A DNA stretch of 64,000 bases, from the NCBI RefSeq assembly GCF_011386835.1, contig NC_088810.1, forward strand, positions 22,816,001 to 22,880,000. Reading direction: 5' to 3'. Position 1 is the stretch's first letter, and each line of letters opens with the position of its first letter. Below are positions 1-11,516 of this stretch, one piece after another. A program made the position numbers and the translations under genes. The notes under the pieces were generated by a model, which saw only the letters and a program-made list of their open reading frames with translations, searched no databases and was not told the origin of the DNA. Source of the stretch: Chrysemys picta bellii. Its lineage: Eukaryota.

Positions 1-515
1 TCAACTAGAGTATTGTGTCCAGTTCTGGGCGCCGCATTTCAGGAACGATATGGGCAAGATGGAGAAAGTCCGGAGAAGAGCAACAAAAATGATTACAAGA
101 CTAGAAAACATGACCTATAAGGGAACATTGCAGAAATTGGGCTTGTATACTCTGGAGAAGAGAAGACTGAGAGGGGACATGATAATAGTTTTCAAGCACA
201 TAAAAGATTGTTAGAAGGAGGAGGGAGAAAACTTGTTCTCCTTAACCTCTGAGGATAGAACGAGAAGCAATGGTCTTAGATTGCAGATGGGGCGATTGAG
301 TTTGGACATTAGGAAATACTCCCTAACTGCGAGGGTGGTTAAGCACTGGAATAAATTGCCCAGGGAGGTTGTGGAATCTCCGTCAATAGAGATCTTTAAG
401 AGCAGGTTAGACAAACACCTGTCAGGGATGGTCTAAATAAAACTTAGTCCTGCCATGAGTGCAGGGGACTGTACTAGATGACCTCCTAAGCTCCCTTCCA
501 GTCCTACATTTTTTT
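1..515 (+). mobile_element. CR1 LINE 3' fragment (decayed ORF2 C-terminus and 3' end)
   Basis: Encodes RTRSNGLRLQ...VVKHWNKLPREVVESPSIEIFKSRLDKHL; CR1-type 3' end ...tagatgacctcctaagctcccttccagtcc. Paralogous to 13320-13850. Confidence 0.9.
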
Positions 516-587
516 GAGTCTACGACTGAGCGGATGTTTTCAGAAAACTCTCCACAATAACTCCAAGACCTTTCTTGAGTGGCAACA

Positions 588-918
588 TGTGGTGACGAAG
601 CAGGAAAGGAAACAGAACACCAGGTCTGTGGTAGCCGAAAAGCCCCTCTACCTCCAGGAACTTTTCCTGGGGCTTTTATTCTTTACTTACTTTGTTTACA
701 ACACTTCTTAGTGGTTACATTCCTGCGCATAAAAAGGCCAGGCAGTATACATGCACATAAGATAACAAACCCATCTCTTGAGCTGTGAGGAAACAATCAA
801 ATCAGCCAAATAAGTTTCCCAAACATAGGCGCTAGAACAAGCTCACTCCTGCCTCATTGCCAAGGGAACAGTTTGCCGTTCTTCAAGGCTTGTGATTAGG
901 GAGCAACACATTCCTACA
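588..918. mobile_element. Solo LTR (331 bp, TG...CA) inserted into a CR1 fragment
   Basis: TG at 588, CA at 918, flanked by gcaaca (582-587) and tcaaca (919-924). The paralogous empty site has a single tcaaca at 13904-13909. Confidence 0.75.
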
Positions 919-924
919 TCAACA

Positions 925-1660
925 ACTAAATCAGACCCCATCCTTGTTAGTGTATAATTGAGATTATATTTTCCAATCTGTATTACTTTGCATTTGTCAA
1001 CTTGAAATTCTACTACCATTTTCTTCCCCAGTCACCCAGTTTTGTAAGATCTCTTTGTAACTCTTTGCAGTACGCTTTGCACTTAACTATCATAAGTATT
1101 TTGTGTGGTCTGCAAACTTGGCCAATTCAAAGTTTACCTCTTTTTCCAGATCATTTATGAATACATTGAAGAGCACTGGTCCCAGTACAACGCCTTGAGG
1201 GAGCCCACTGTTTACCTCTTTCCACTTTGAAAACTAAAAGTTTCCTTTCTTCCCCTTTCCCATTATATATTAACCGGTTACTGATCCATGAGAGAACCTT
1301 CCCTCTTACCCCGTAACTCCTTAGTTTGTTTAAGAGCCTTTGGTGTGGGAGTTTGTCAAAGTCTTTTTGAAAGTCCAACTACACATTCTCCACTGGATCA
1401 CCCTTGTCCATATATTTGTGGACTGATTCAAAGAATTCTAATGATTAGTAAGCCATGACTTCCCTTCACAAAAGCCATATTGACTCTTCCCCAGCGTATC
1501 ATGGTCCTCTATATGGCTGATAATTCTGATCTTTACTACAGTTTCAACCAATTTACCTTGTACTGAACTTGAGACATTTTTAAAAATCGGCGTCATATTA
1601 GTTATCTGCCAATCATCGGATAGAGAGGCTGCTGTAAGCGATAGACTTCTTACCAGTTAG
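925..1660 (-). mobile_element. Decayed CR1 reverse-transcriptase fragment
   Basis: Reverse strand encodes DFQKDFDKLPHQRLLNKLRSYGVRGKVLSWISN (RT region). Boundaries approximate. Confidence 0.85.
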
Positions 1661-2324
1661 TAGTTAGGCAATTTCATATTTGAGTTCTTTCTGAACTCTT
1701 GGGTGAATACCATCTGGTCCTGGAGACTTATTACGATTTAATATATGAGTTTGTGCTATTGTCCTGGTTATATGTCCAGCACAGTATTGTAACCCAGAAG
1801 GTCTCTTTCTAAGGCCATTGAAGAGATTGGAGAGACTTTCATACAGTTCCAAAGGGTGTTGGCTCAAACACAAAGTGTACAGCTAAGGGTGAGAATGTAC
1901 ACCTGCCGAATAATGTCTTGCACCCCACAAGAATTCCACCTTGCTGCTAATTAGATACTAGTCGAGATTTAAAGAACAACACGGAATCCTGCACATCCCA
2001 GCAGATTGTAATATTGATACACCTCTGAGTCACCTTCATATTTTGAAGTTATTCAGTGAAGAAGTAATGCAATGGAACTGGATTTATACCTCTGTCAACA
2101 CCAAGGAGATTACTGAGATGATACCAGGAAGGTATGTTGCCCATAAAACTTTCAGATTAAAGGAACTTCATGGTGTAATATGCATGTCATCCATATGTGG
2201 GATTGAAAATTGAGTAACTGATCAACCATAGCAAAGCCATTAAAATAATTAGAAGATGATAATAATCATACTAAGCAAGAAAACACTTTGTTTGGTTTTT
2301 GAAAGGGTGTCTCCTATCCTTCCC

Positions 2325-2414
2325 ATTGGCTAAGAAAGCATATAAAAGTGCTTGCAACTCTGGGTTGTTGTATCCACTTCTCTTGACTTCATCCCCTTGG
2401 TGAACTGGGTAAGT
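2325..2414 (+). promoter_or_regulatory. g1 core promoter, non-coding exon 1 and splice donor
   Basis: ATTGG 2325-2329, TATAAAA 2341-2347, exon motif ccacttctcttgacttcatccccttggtgaactgg, donor GTAAGT 2409-2414. Confidence 0.85.
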
Positions 2415-3528
2415 CTACTGAATTCAAATTACTCTAGTTGTTGCTTTAGAGATAGTTTAACTATGGATTGAACCTGCACCAAGAGTCTGTGATTTTAGCA
2501 ATATTAAGGAGGTTAGTTCTTTCTTTCCAAAAGAGACTCTCTGTAACTAGTCAGTTCCAGGCCTTGGTGGTGGCAGACTTTAAACATATCATGCTGGGAT
2601 TTTCAAATCCACTTATGGGATTGGGACACCCATTTGCAATAAATATAATAGGGGGCAGTGCATGTAAATCCATTAGAAAATTATGAAAAATCTCAGCGTT
2701 AGGCTACTTTAGCAATGGACAGTTTTATTCTGACTCTTCATTGACAAATACAATTGCCAGCCCATCAGCTGACTTCACTGACTCACAGCTGTTTGTCCAA
2801 GATGATCATCTGACCCTGCTGTTACCATAAAAGGCTGGAGATCAGTTTTGAAATATAACAATTGAATAGCAGCTTGATTGTTCTTTTCAGTTTAGTGGAC
2901 GATCAAGACCTTGAAAAGTTTGAGAAGCTGGAAGTGCTTTATATGAATTTCCCTTCAGGGCAAATTTAGCCCCTAGGTTAGTGACAGTAAGAAGAAATTC
3001 TCCTTATGAGCAGTTTCCTCCATAATGGGCCACATCAGGGCTCCTATCATTTTCTCTGAAGAGTGTCGTGCTGCACAGCATTAGAGATGGGACACTGGAT
3101 GAGTTGGACCACTGAGCGGACCCACTATGGCAAAACTTAAAGTCTTATGGGTAGAACTTTTCATCTTCAATCCAGATCTTTAGCTGATACAAGCTGAAAT
3201 AGCAGATCTGAATTAAAAGTAGCTCTCACTGACTTCACAGGGTGTTGTACAGCTTAATGGTTGCATGAAGCAGTGAAAAGTTAACGTTTTGAAATTGTTG
3301 GGAGTTGTGTGTGTGTATGTGTGTGCGTTTGAAGCCTAAGGGGAATGGGTGAAAAGGAATAGAAGGAAGAAACCGGAGCAGATATGTGGCCTTCAACAAA
3401 GCCCTCCTACCGATCTCGCTCCCCCTTACTCTAAAACTCAAACCGTGAATCTCTTATTCCAATCTCAACTGTATCTCATGGTTTCTTTACTCCCGCCTGT
3501 TTTTTCAGGATTCCCTCCATCACAGAAG

Positions 3529-4032
3529 ATGTCTTACTGCCCACCACAGGACTGTATTCCCGATATATGCCCACGTCCATACATTGACGTCTGCAACGAG
3601 CCGTGTATCTCATCATGTGGAGATTCGACTGCAGTGGTCTTTGCGCCACCAGTTGTTGTGAGATTCCCGGGACCAACTATGGCTACTTGTCCTCAAGACA
3701 GCTTCGTAGGAAGCTCCTTACCAAATATGCCAATTAGAGCTGGGGCCTCATATGGTTCCGGTGGAGGTTTCAGTGGCTCAATCACTTCTGGGGGTAGTTA
3801 CGGTGGTGGTTTGGGAGGAGGTTACAGTGGAGGCTATGGGGGAGGTAGCAGTATTGTTTATGGGGGTGGAGCCGGGGGTGGTTATGGCGGAGGAGCTGGG
3901 GGTGGTTATGGGGCTGGTTATGGAGGCTCATATGGTTGTGGGGGCTCACGTGGTTATATCAGGAAGTCATATCGTAGCATTTCTGGGGGAGGATATTCTG
4001 GATTCAACCGTGGGAACTGTGGGCCATGTTAA
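3529..4032 (+). CDS. Corneous beta-protein (beta-keratin) g1, 167 aa, subfamily A
   Basis: CBP core CNEPCISSCGDSTAVVFAPPVVVRFPGPTMATCPQDS followed by a Gly/Tyr-rich tail ending NCGPC. The true ATG is at 3529 (aagATGt), 20 nt after the acceptor ttttcAG (3507-3508). The ORF-track start at 3349 lies in the intron. Intron 2409-3508. Confidence 0.95.
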   Translation: MSYCPPQDCIPDICPRPYIDVCNEPCISSCGDSTAVVFAPPVVVRFPGPTMATCPQDSFVGSSLPNMPIRAGASYGSGGGFSGSITSGGSYGGGLGGGYSGGYGGGSSIVYGGGAGGGYGGGAGGGYGAGYGGSYGCGGSRGYIRKSYRSISGGGYSGFNRGNCGPC

Positions 4033-4474
4033 ACCCAGAAAAACCATCCATGGAATGAGAAACAATCAGGGGATGACAAGATAGAGATTCACCACGGATC
4101 TAATGGACAATGATGCCTACAACTCGACTTGCAGACTGTGGGTGTTTGTCACCTCTGTAAATCAGGCCTATCTGTGTCTTCCACTTGTTACATATTATTG
4201 TAGGTTTATGATCTAATGGTTTTGCAGCTTACTCTTATGCTCCTATTGTGCTTTGTCCTATTTGACGTTGAACTGGCTAAAACAAGTCACTTGGCTGAAA
4301 AAGGGACATGATTTTCAAACTCAACAGCTTCAAGACAGAAAGCAGATCATCTTGTGTGAAAAGCCTCACTTTGGAGCGGGTGATTGGTTCTTGCTTGTAT
4401 TGTACCCCTGAAAATACATTCTTTGTACTCTGCATTAATTCATTCTGCAAGTGTGTACTCCACTGCTCATTCCC

Positions 4475-4480
4475 ATTAAA
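4475..4480 (+). terminator. g1 poly(A) signal ATTAAA
   Basis: ATTAAA followed by a U-rich tract (ggttttcctttctc); same position in all genes with an intact 3' end. Confidence 0.6.
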
Positions 4481-4761
4481 AATTATTCTGCATCATAGCA
4501 TTGGCCTTCTGGTTTTCCTTTCTCCTCCATTCTTTCTATCCAAAGGAATTAGGGTGAAATTCACCCTGGTGCAGCTGCTCTGTATATGCCCCCCGCACTA
4601 TATCCCTCCAACTCAAGAGAATACCTAAGCAGCAAAGTACATTAACTGGTCAATAGCATGGTGCTGGCCATCTGCCCAGGGGTGATATTCCCCCTTGTTC
4701 CAAAAGTCTCAGAAGGGAATTAGAATATATTTCCCTGCTCTAAATATTACATAAAATTGTA

Positions 4762-4953
4762 GGGGAGGGATAGCTCAGTGGTTTGAGCATTGGCCTGCTA
4801 AACCCAGGGTTGTGAGTTCAATCCTTAAGGGGGCCACTTAGGGAGATGGGGCAAAATCAGTACTTGGTCCTGCTTGTGAAGACAGGGGGCTGGACTCGTT
4901 GACCTTTAAGGTCTGTTCTAGGAGATAGGATATCTCCATTAATTTATTTATTT
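4762..4953 (+). mobile_element. Turtle tRNA-derived SINE (polIII/Cry-like)
   Basis: tRNA-like head ggggagggatagctcagtggtttgagcattggcctgctaaacccagggttgtgagttcaatcc, CR1-like tail, (attt)n end. Absent at the paralogous site near 18970. Confidence 0.85.
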
Positions 4954-4954
4954 A

Positions 4955-5812
4955 GAATCCTTGAAATATAGGGCTGGAAGGAACCTTGGGATGTCACCAA
5001 GTTCAGCCCCCTGTGTGGCGGCAGGGCCTGACCTGACTGGTCTTTGTCTAACCTCTCCTTATAAACCTTCAATGGAGATTCCACGACTTCCCGTGAAAGC
5101 CTGAAATCAACGCTTTACAATCATTAGAGTTAGAAAGTTATTCCTAATATCTAACCTGTATCTCCCATCATGCAGATTAAGCCAATTACATCTCATCTTA
5201 TCTTCAGAACAACTGATCACCATGTTTTTTAAAACGGCCCCACACATACTTGAAAACTGTTATCCAGTCCCCCGTCAGTCTGCTTTTCTTAACACTAAAC
5301 ATGCCCAGTGTTTTCAATTTGTCCTCAGAGGTCAGGGTTCTGAAACTTTTGTCATTTTTGTAGCTCTCCTCTGGACTCTCTTCAGTTTGTTCACATCTTC
5401 TCTATTGAAGTGTGCTGGGCAAAATTGGGGACAAAACTCCAGCTGAGGCCTCACCAGTGCCTTTCCTTCCCAAACTTCGTACTTTGCAGTTGCTTTTATT
5501 GATTTCATTTTGTTGATTTCAGATGAAGTCTCCAGTTAGTGAAGCTCATTTTGAATTCTCATCCTGTATTCCAAAGTGCTTCAATCCTCTCAGCTTAGTG
5601 TCCTCTGCAAATATTATCAGTGAACTGTCCACTCCATTATTCAAGTTATTAGAGAAAATACTGAAGAGTAAAAGATGCAGGACAACCTCCTCTGGCTACC
5701 CCCCTATAGGTATAGCATCCTAGTTTGACAGCAAACCATTGATAACAAATCTTTGAGTCCAATCTTTCAACCAGTTTTGTAGCCATCTGATAATAATTTT
5801 GTCTCAACCATG
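4955..5812 (-). mobile_element. Old CR1 3' fragment (paralogous to 18975-19560 and, inverted, to 7045-8125)
   Basis: Reverse-complemented CR1 3' end and ORF2 C-terminal remnants. Confidence 0.75.
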
Positions 5813-6127
5813 TGGTTGAGGGAAATGTTTCCCAAGTTTGATTATAGGAATGTCTGGTGTGCATCTGCAGCGTGTCTTGAACTGGTAGGTGTGCCCTGAG
5901 CCAACCTAATGCACTATGAGCCACAGGTGAGATCGGGGGGAAATTCCCTCTGGGGCCAGGACACTGAGCACCTTGGGAGAACCAGGACATCACACCAGAT
6001 ATTTCCTAACATCAAGATATAGGTAGGACTTTAAAATAATTTCCCTCCAGTTAATTTATGATAACTTTTAAGTCAATATGAGGGAAAGGATTTTTAGTTG
6101 AATAATGATTTTTCTTCAGCTGACACC

Positions 6128-6835
6128 TGTGTCATTGCACTCCATATGTTTTATGGAAATATGCTTATGAGTGTGAATATGAGGTAACTGGAATATGCTT
6201 TGTGCAAAAGGTCTCTTGTAAGGTATCATAACAAAGGTTATAACCTACTGAATATAGTTCTCTTATTTGTATGCATGTATCATTCTTGTATCTGAAGCTA
6301 GAAATATGAAGTATAACTCTGAGGTCCTATTGTAATTATACAAAGTGTGGGCCATTAATGGTGGTTTAGAATCTTGATGGCTCCCATTGACTAGGACAAT
6401 TGGTTGTAAATGGTTTATTTACCTGCACTCCTTCCTGTGTAGGTGTGAGCCAACCCAGGAAGAATGGAGACTGGGGTGTTACACAGTGTCATGTGACCAT
6501 GTCACATGATCATGGAATCCATTTAATCCTTGTACTTTTCCATTGATGAGGCGAGGGTGGGGAAAAGAACAGACAAAAGATTCCTGCCTTGTTCCAAAAC
6601 GGGAGTGGAGCATGACAAATGGGTCTACCAATCATGAGAAAACCCCTGCTTACGACCTGAGATGTCTGCTGGAACTAACAAGGACTGTAGCAGGGAAAAC
6701 GATTGGGCCCAGATTAGGAAGGAGTCTAGTCTGTGAAAGAAGCTTATTGAAACACCTCTGAGGGTGAGATATTACCTGTAATCAGTTTCTTAATGTATTA
6801 GGTTTAGACTTGTGTGTGTTTACTTTCAAAATTTC
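6128..6835. mobile_element. LTR-retroelement LTR fragment
   Basis: Begins tgtcattgcactccatatgttttatgg, resembling turtle LTR repeats from memory (not database-checked). No TSD seen. Confidence 0.5.
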
Positions 6836-7044
6836 AAAAGTGCATGGTCCTAGATTCTGCTTGAGACATATTCACGGGAACAGTGGTCCAGAGAATAGAC
6901 AGTGAGTACTTCTAAAAGCCAGGATTTTTCAAGATGTCTGAAGTTGGGCACCAAAATCACCAGTCGCTTTTGAAAATCTTGACTTTGTGTTTAGCCAAAG
7001 ATGTCTTGAGTGATCTTTGGTAAATCAATATCCTCTCTCATCTC

Positions 7045-8125
7045 CCCATAAGTAAATAGACGTGGAAAAACTAGAGAGAGTCCGGAGGAGAGCTACAAAA
7101 ATGACGAAAGGTTTAGAAACCTGACCTCTGAGGACTTGTTCCAAACACTAGACATATTTAGTGTTGAGAAAAGCAGACGGATGCGGGAACAGATAACAGT
7201 TTTCAAGTATGTGCAGGGCTGTTATAAAGAGCATTCTGATCAATTGTTCTGCATATCCGCTGAAGAAATGATGAGATGTATTTGGTTTAATCTGCAACAA
7301 GGGAGTTTAGGTTAGATATTAGCAATAACTTTCTAATTATAATAGTTAACCATTGATTTCAGCCTCCCACAGGAAGTTGTGGAAACTCCATCACTCAAGA
7401 TTTATAAGGATATGTAATCAGAGACAAAGGTGGTGAGTTATATGGGCCCGTGGTGCCTGTGCTCCACCAATATTTAGGAATGTGGGCCTGGCTCCACCAA
7501 TGTTCGGGCTTATCCTGCTTTGTGGGGCCCACGCTTCGGGGGAACACAGGGTCCAGGGCAGCCTGGGGGGCTAGTGGGGGTCCTGGCACTGGCAGGAGCA
7601 AGCGACCTGCCCCAGCCCACCCTCCCCCCCATTTCACCCCTTCCCCCCAAACCCCACCCCTCCTCTCTTTCTGGCTTCCGGCCCTTCCCCTGAGCCATGA
7701 TGGAAGCCGGCAGTGCGGGGCAGAGCAGATTAGGCTGGGGCCAAGTCACTTGCTGCTGCCAGCACCAGACTTCCCGCTAACCTCCCAGGCTGCCCTGGAC
7801 CTCGCGTCCCCCTGAAGCACGTGCCCCCCCAAAGCACAGGTCCCAGAGTTGCTGCCCTGGCTGTCCTATGGACGGGATGGCTCTGCCTGGACCATGCATC
7901 CCCCTGAAGTGCGGGACTCCGCAAAGCACGGGCCCGGGCCAGTTGTCCCAGTCCATTCTATGGCCGGGACGGCTCTGCTTGGACCCGTTCTGGGCACCAC
8001 CAAAAATTATACAAACCTGGCGCCCATGATCAGAGACCAGTCAGGTCAGGTCCTGCCTCCGCACAGGGGACTGGACTAGGTGACCTTTCAAGGTTCCTTC
8101 CAGCCCTTTATTTCAAGGATTCTAC
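7045..8125 (+). mobile_element. CR1 3' fragment interrupted by a hAT-like insertion
   Basis: Degenerate DVEKLERVRRRATKM-type sequence; CR1 3' end ggactggactaggtgacctttcaaggttccttccagccc at about 8070-8110. Confidence 0.8.
7425..8028. mobile_element. GC-rich non-autonomous hAT-like element, 604 bp
   Basis: 8-bp TSD atcagaga (7417-7424 and 8029-8036); empty site tctctgat at 19056-19063. TIRs weak. Confidence 0.7.
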
Positions 8126-8403
8126 GATTTTATGTAATATTTAGAGCAGGGAAATATATTCTAATTCCCTTCTGAGACTTTTGGAACAAGGGGGAATATC
8201 ACCCCTGAGCAGATGGCCAGCACCATGCTATAGACCAGTTAATGTACTTTGCTGCTTAGGTATACTCTTGAGTTGGAGGGATGTAGTGCAGGGGGCATGT
8301 ACAGAGCACCTTCACCGTGGTGAATTTCACACAAACTGGTTGGGATAGAAAGAATGTAAGAGAAAGGAAAACCAGAAGGCCAAGGCTATGATGCAGAATA
8401 ATT

Positions 8404-8409
8404 TTTAAT
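8404..8409 (-). terminator. g2 poly(A) signal ATTAAA
   Basis: Homologous position, reverse strand. Confidence 0.6.
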
Positions 8410-8764
8410 GGGAATGAGCAGTGGAGTACACACTTGCAGAATGAATTAAAGCAGAGTACAAAGAATGTATTTTCAGGGTTACAATATAAGCAAGAACCAA
8501 TCACCCGCTCCAAAGTGAGGCTTTCCACACAAGATGATCTGCTTTCTGTCTTGAAGCTGTTGAGTTTGAAAATCATGTCCCTTTTTCAGCCAAGTGACTT
8601 GTTTTAGCCAGTTCAACCTCAAATAGCACAAAACACAATAGGAAGCGATGAACACCCACAGTCTGCAAGTAGAGTTGTAGGCATCATTGTCCATTAGATC
8701 CGTGGTGAATCTCTATCTTGTCATTTCCTGATTGTTTCTCATTCCATGGATGGTTTTTCTGGGT

Positions 8765-9268
8765 TTAACATGGCCCACAGTTTCCACGGTTGAATCCAGA
8801 ATATCCTCCCCCAGAAATGCTACGATATGACTTCCTGATATAACCACGTGAGCCCCCACAACCGTATGAGCCTCCATAACCAGCCCCATAACCACCCCCA
8901 GCTCCTCCGCCATAACCACCCCCGGCTCCACCCCCATAAACAATACTGCTACCTCCCCCATAGCCTCCACTGTAACCTCCTCCAAAACCACCACCGTAAG
9001 TACCCCCAGAAGTGATTGAGCCACTGAAACCGCCACCGGAACCATATAAGCCCCCAGCTCTAATTGGCATATTTGGTAAGGAGCTTCCTACGATGCTGTC
9101 TTGAGGACATGTAGCCATAGTTGGTCCCGGGAATCTCACAACAACTGGTGGTGCAAAGACCACTGCATTTGAATCTCCGCACGATGAGATACATGGCTCA
9201 TTGCAGACGTCAATATATGGGCGTGGGCATATATCGGGAATACAGTCCTGGGGTGGGCAGCAAGACAT
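8765..9268 (-). CDS. Corneous beta-protein g2, 167 aa, subfamily A
   Basis: MSCCPPQDCIP...AVVFAPPVVVRFPGP...NCGPC. CAT at 9266-9268; acceptor at 9289-9290; intron 9289-11391. Confidence 0.95.
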   Translation of the reverse strand: MSCCPPQDCIPDICPRPYIDVCNEPCISSCGDSNAVVFAPPVVVRFPGPTMATCPQDSIVGSSLPNMPIRAGGLYGSGGGFSGSITSGGTYGGGFGGGYSGGYGGGSSIVYGGGAGGGYGGGAGGGYGAGYGGSYGCGGSRGYIRKSYRSISGGGYSGFNRGNCGPC

Positions 9269-11385
9269 CTTCTGTGATGGAGGGAATCCTGAAAAACACA
9301 GGAGGGATGAAAACGTAAGACACAACTGATAGTGGAATAAGAGATTCAGGCTTTGAGTGTTAGAGTAATGGGGGCTAGGTAAGTAGATGAGTTTTGCTGA
9401 ACGCCACATATCCTTCTATTCCTTTGCACCCAGTCCCCCCAGGCTTCAGAAATGAAAATAAAATAATTTCAAGCAGTTTCATGAGAAGTTACCTTTTCAC
9501 TGCTTCATGCAACCATAAAGCTGCACAACACACAGGTGAAGTGCGTGGTTATTTTCCCTAGGAAACAATATTAACAGCACAGAGGATAGGTGGAAGTGAC
9601 TGGTCCACAATCACTGGTGAGTCATGGGATGAGCTGGAAGCAGAATTTAGACCTTCCTAATTGCTATTTGTGACAGAATTGATCATTAGGAAATTCCAGT
9701 AGTTATTAATTGCTGCAACTGAGAATAGGGCCCCATTGTGACAGGCACTGTACAACAAACAAAGAGTAAAACCGCAGGTAAGGAGCTCATCCGGGAGGTG
9801 TGAGATCTGGGGTCAAGTTCCTGCTCCAACTTTGACAGAGTGAGATTATGAAAACAGGTCTCCTATATCCTAGCAGAATGCACTAACTACTGGTCTATCA
9901 GATATTCTGGAAGACCCGCATGCCTCCAGAAAGCCCTGTTATGGTCACCCTCAATTGCATCTGCAGCGTGTCTTGAACTGGTAGGTGTGCCCTGAGCCAA
10001 CCTAATGCACTATGAGCCACAGGTGAGATCGGGGAGAAATTCCCTCTGGGGCCAGGACACTGAGCACCTTGGGAGAATCAGGACATTGGTGGTTTTGTGC
10101 ATGTGCACAGATAGAAACTTAGGTGCCGAGAGAATTTCGGTGCCTGTAGTCTTAGCAGTTTGTAAGACATCAGTGTCACGTTATTGTTGAACTTCATTGC
10201 CTAAAGGGGACCTTAGATGCTTAAGTCTCTTTGTTGATGTAGCTTCAGGAGATTAGATGCTCGGCTTTCAATGCAGCTACACTGTCTGAGTGCTGACCCG
10301 TTTGAGAAGCTGGTCCCATCGGACTTACCCAGGATCACACAGGAAATCAAATGCAGAAACCTGTTCTCACCAGACCTTCTGTTCTAACCAGGAGGGATGA
10401 GTTCAAAAACACAGAGTCAAATTACTAAACCCACAGTAGAAAATATTTCCATTACGGATGCTTGGAATTTTCAAATCATTTTGGAAACTTTTACCAGAAA
10501 GAAGTGCAGAGACACTGTTAATAATGCGAGTGTCATTGTTAAATGAGTTCAAAACTGGGGATAGAATCCTCGTCTGATCTAAGTCATCGTAGCTACCTTT
10601 AGTTCAAAGGTGCTCTTTCAATTTACACCAGCTCCTGTTCTGGATTGAAAATTACAAGTTGCACCCATAACACTTTATGTTTTGCGATACTGGTAAGCTC
10701 AGTGGTCGAATTCAACCAATGTCCTGTCTTTAATGCTGTGCAGCACCACACTCTTCAGAGGAAATTATAGAAGCCCTGACATGGCCCGTTATGGAGGAAA
10801 CTACTCATAAGGAGAATTTCTTCCTAACATCAGTAACAAAGATGCTAGAATTGTCCTGAAGGAAAATTCACATAAAGGACTTCCAACTTCTCAATCTTAT
10901 CTTGATCTAGATCATCTACTAAACTAAAAAGAACAATCAACTTGCTTTTCAATTGTTATATTTCAAAATTGGTCTCCAGCGTTTTATGGAAACAGCAGGT
11001 TCGGATCATCACCTCATGCAAATACCTATGAGTCCAGTGGAGTCAGCTCAAGGTCTGGCAATCGTAGTTATCTATATAGGGTCAGAATAAAGCTGTCCAT
11101 TCCTAAAGTAGTTTAAGGCTGCAATTTTTCATAATTGTGCAATAGATTTACATAGCCTACCCTAGTATAATGATTGGGAATGGGTGTTCCAACCCCATAT
11201 GTGGATTTATAAACCCTAGAATGATATTTTTAAAGTCAGCATCCACCTAGGCCTGCAACTGACTAGTTTCAGAGAGTCTCTTTTGGAAAGAAAGAATTAA
11301 CCTCCTTAATATTGCTGTTGGTGCAGATACATTCCATAGTTAAACTATCCCTAAAGCAACAACTAGAGTAATTTGAATTCAGTAG

Positions 11386-11516
11386 ACTTACCCAGTTCAC
11401 CAAGGGGATGAAGTCAAGAAAAGTGGATAGAACAACCCAGCATTGCAAGCACTTTATATGCCTTCTTAGCCAATGAGAAGGATAGGAGACACCCCTTCTG
11501 TATGAAGACCTTATCA
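11386..11516 (-). promoter_or_regulatory. g2 core promoter, exon 1 and donor
   Basis: On the reverse strand: TGATAAG 11510-11516, ATTGG 11470-11474, TATAAA 11453-11458, same exon motif, donor 11386-11391. Confidence 0.85.

Larger units (their letters stand above)
1..1900 (+). repeat. Direct duplicate of about 13320-15110 (upstream flanks of g1 and g3)
   Basis: Same CR1 junctions and same ORF fragments (211-414 vs 13533-13736; 1664-1873 vs 14891-15100). Confidence 0.9.
3380..9420. repeat. Tail-to-tail inverted repeat g1/g2 (inner ends at about 5400 and 7045)
   Basis: CDS, 3' UTR and the downstream CR1 fragment are mirrored. Confidence 0.85.

Noticed and set aside
3349-3528. N-terminal extensions in the ORF track (also before g2-g9, e.g. 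MLCSLCSLLCVSG, MCLTFSSLLCFSG)
   Set aside because: They start at TTG/GTG or other in-frame codons inside the intron and run through the polypyrimidine tract and acceptor. The conserved aagATGt start is 20 nt into exon 2 in every gene.
3752-4084. Conserved Val/Gly-rich overlapping ORFs of 103-153 aa in a shifted frame of every CBP gene
   Set aside because: Shifting GGN-rich Gly codons yields Val/Glu/Asp codons and few stops. This is an expected by-product with no independent start context.
4308-4628. 106-aa ORF open in the 3' flanks of g1, g2 and g3
   Set aside because: About 16 residue differences between the g1 and g2 copies against six in the real CDS. It spans the poly(A) site and is frameshifted in g5-g10, so it does not appear constrained.
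4762-4835. tRNA-like sequence
   Set aside because: It is the head of a SINE, continues into a CR1-like tail and is absent at the paralogous site.
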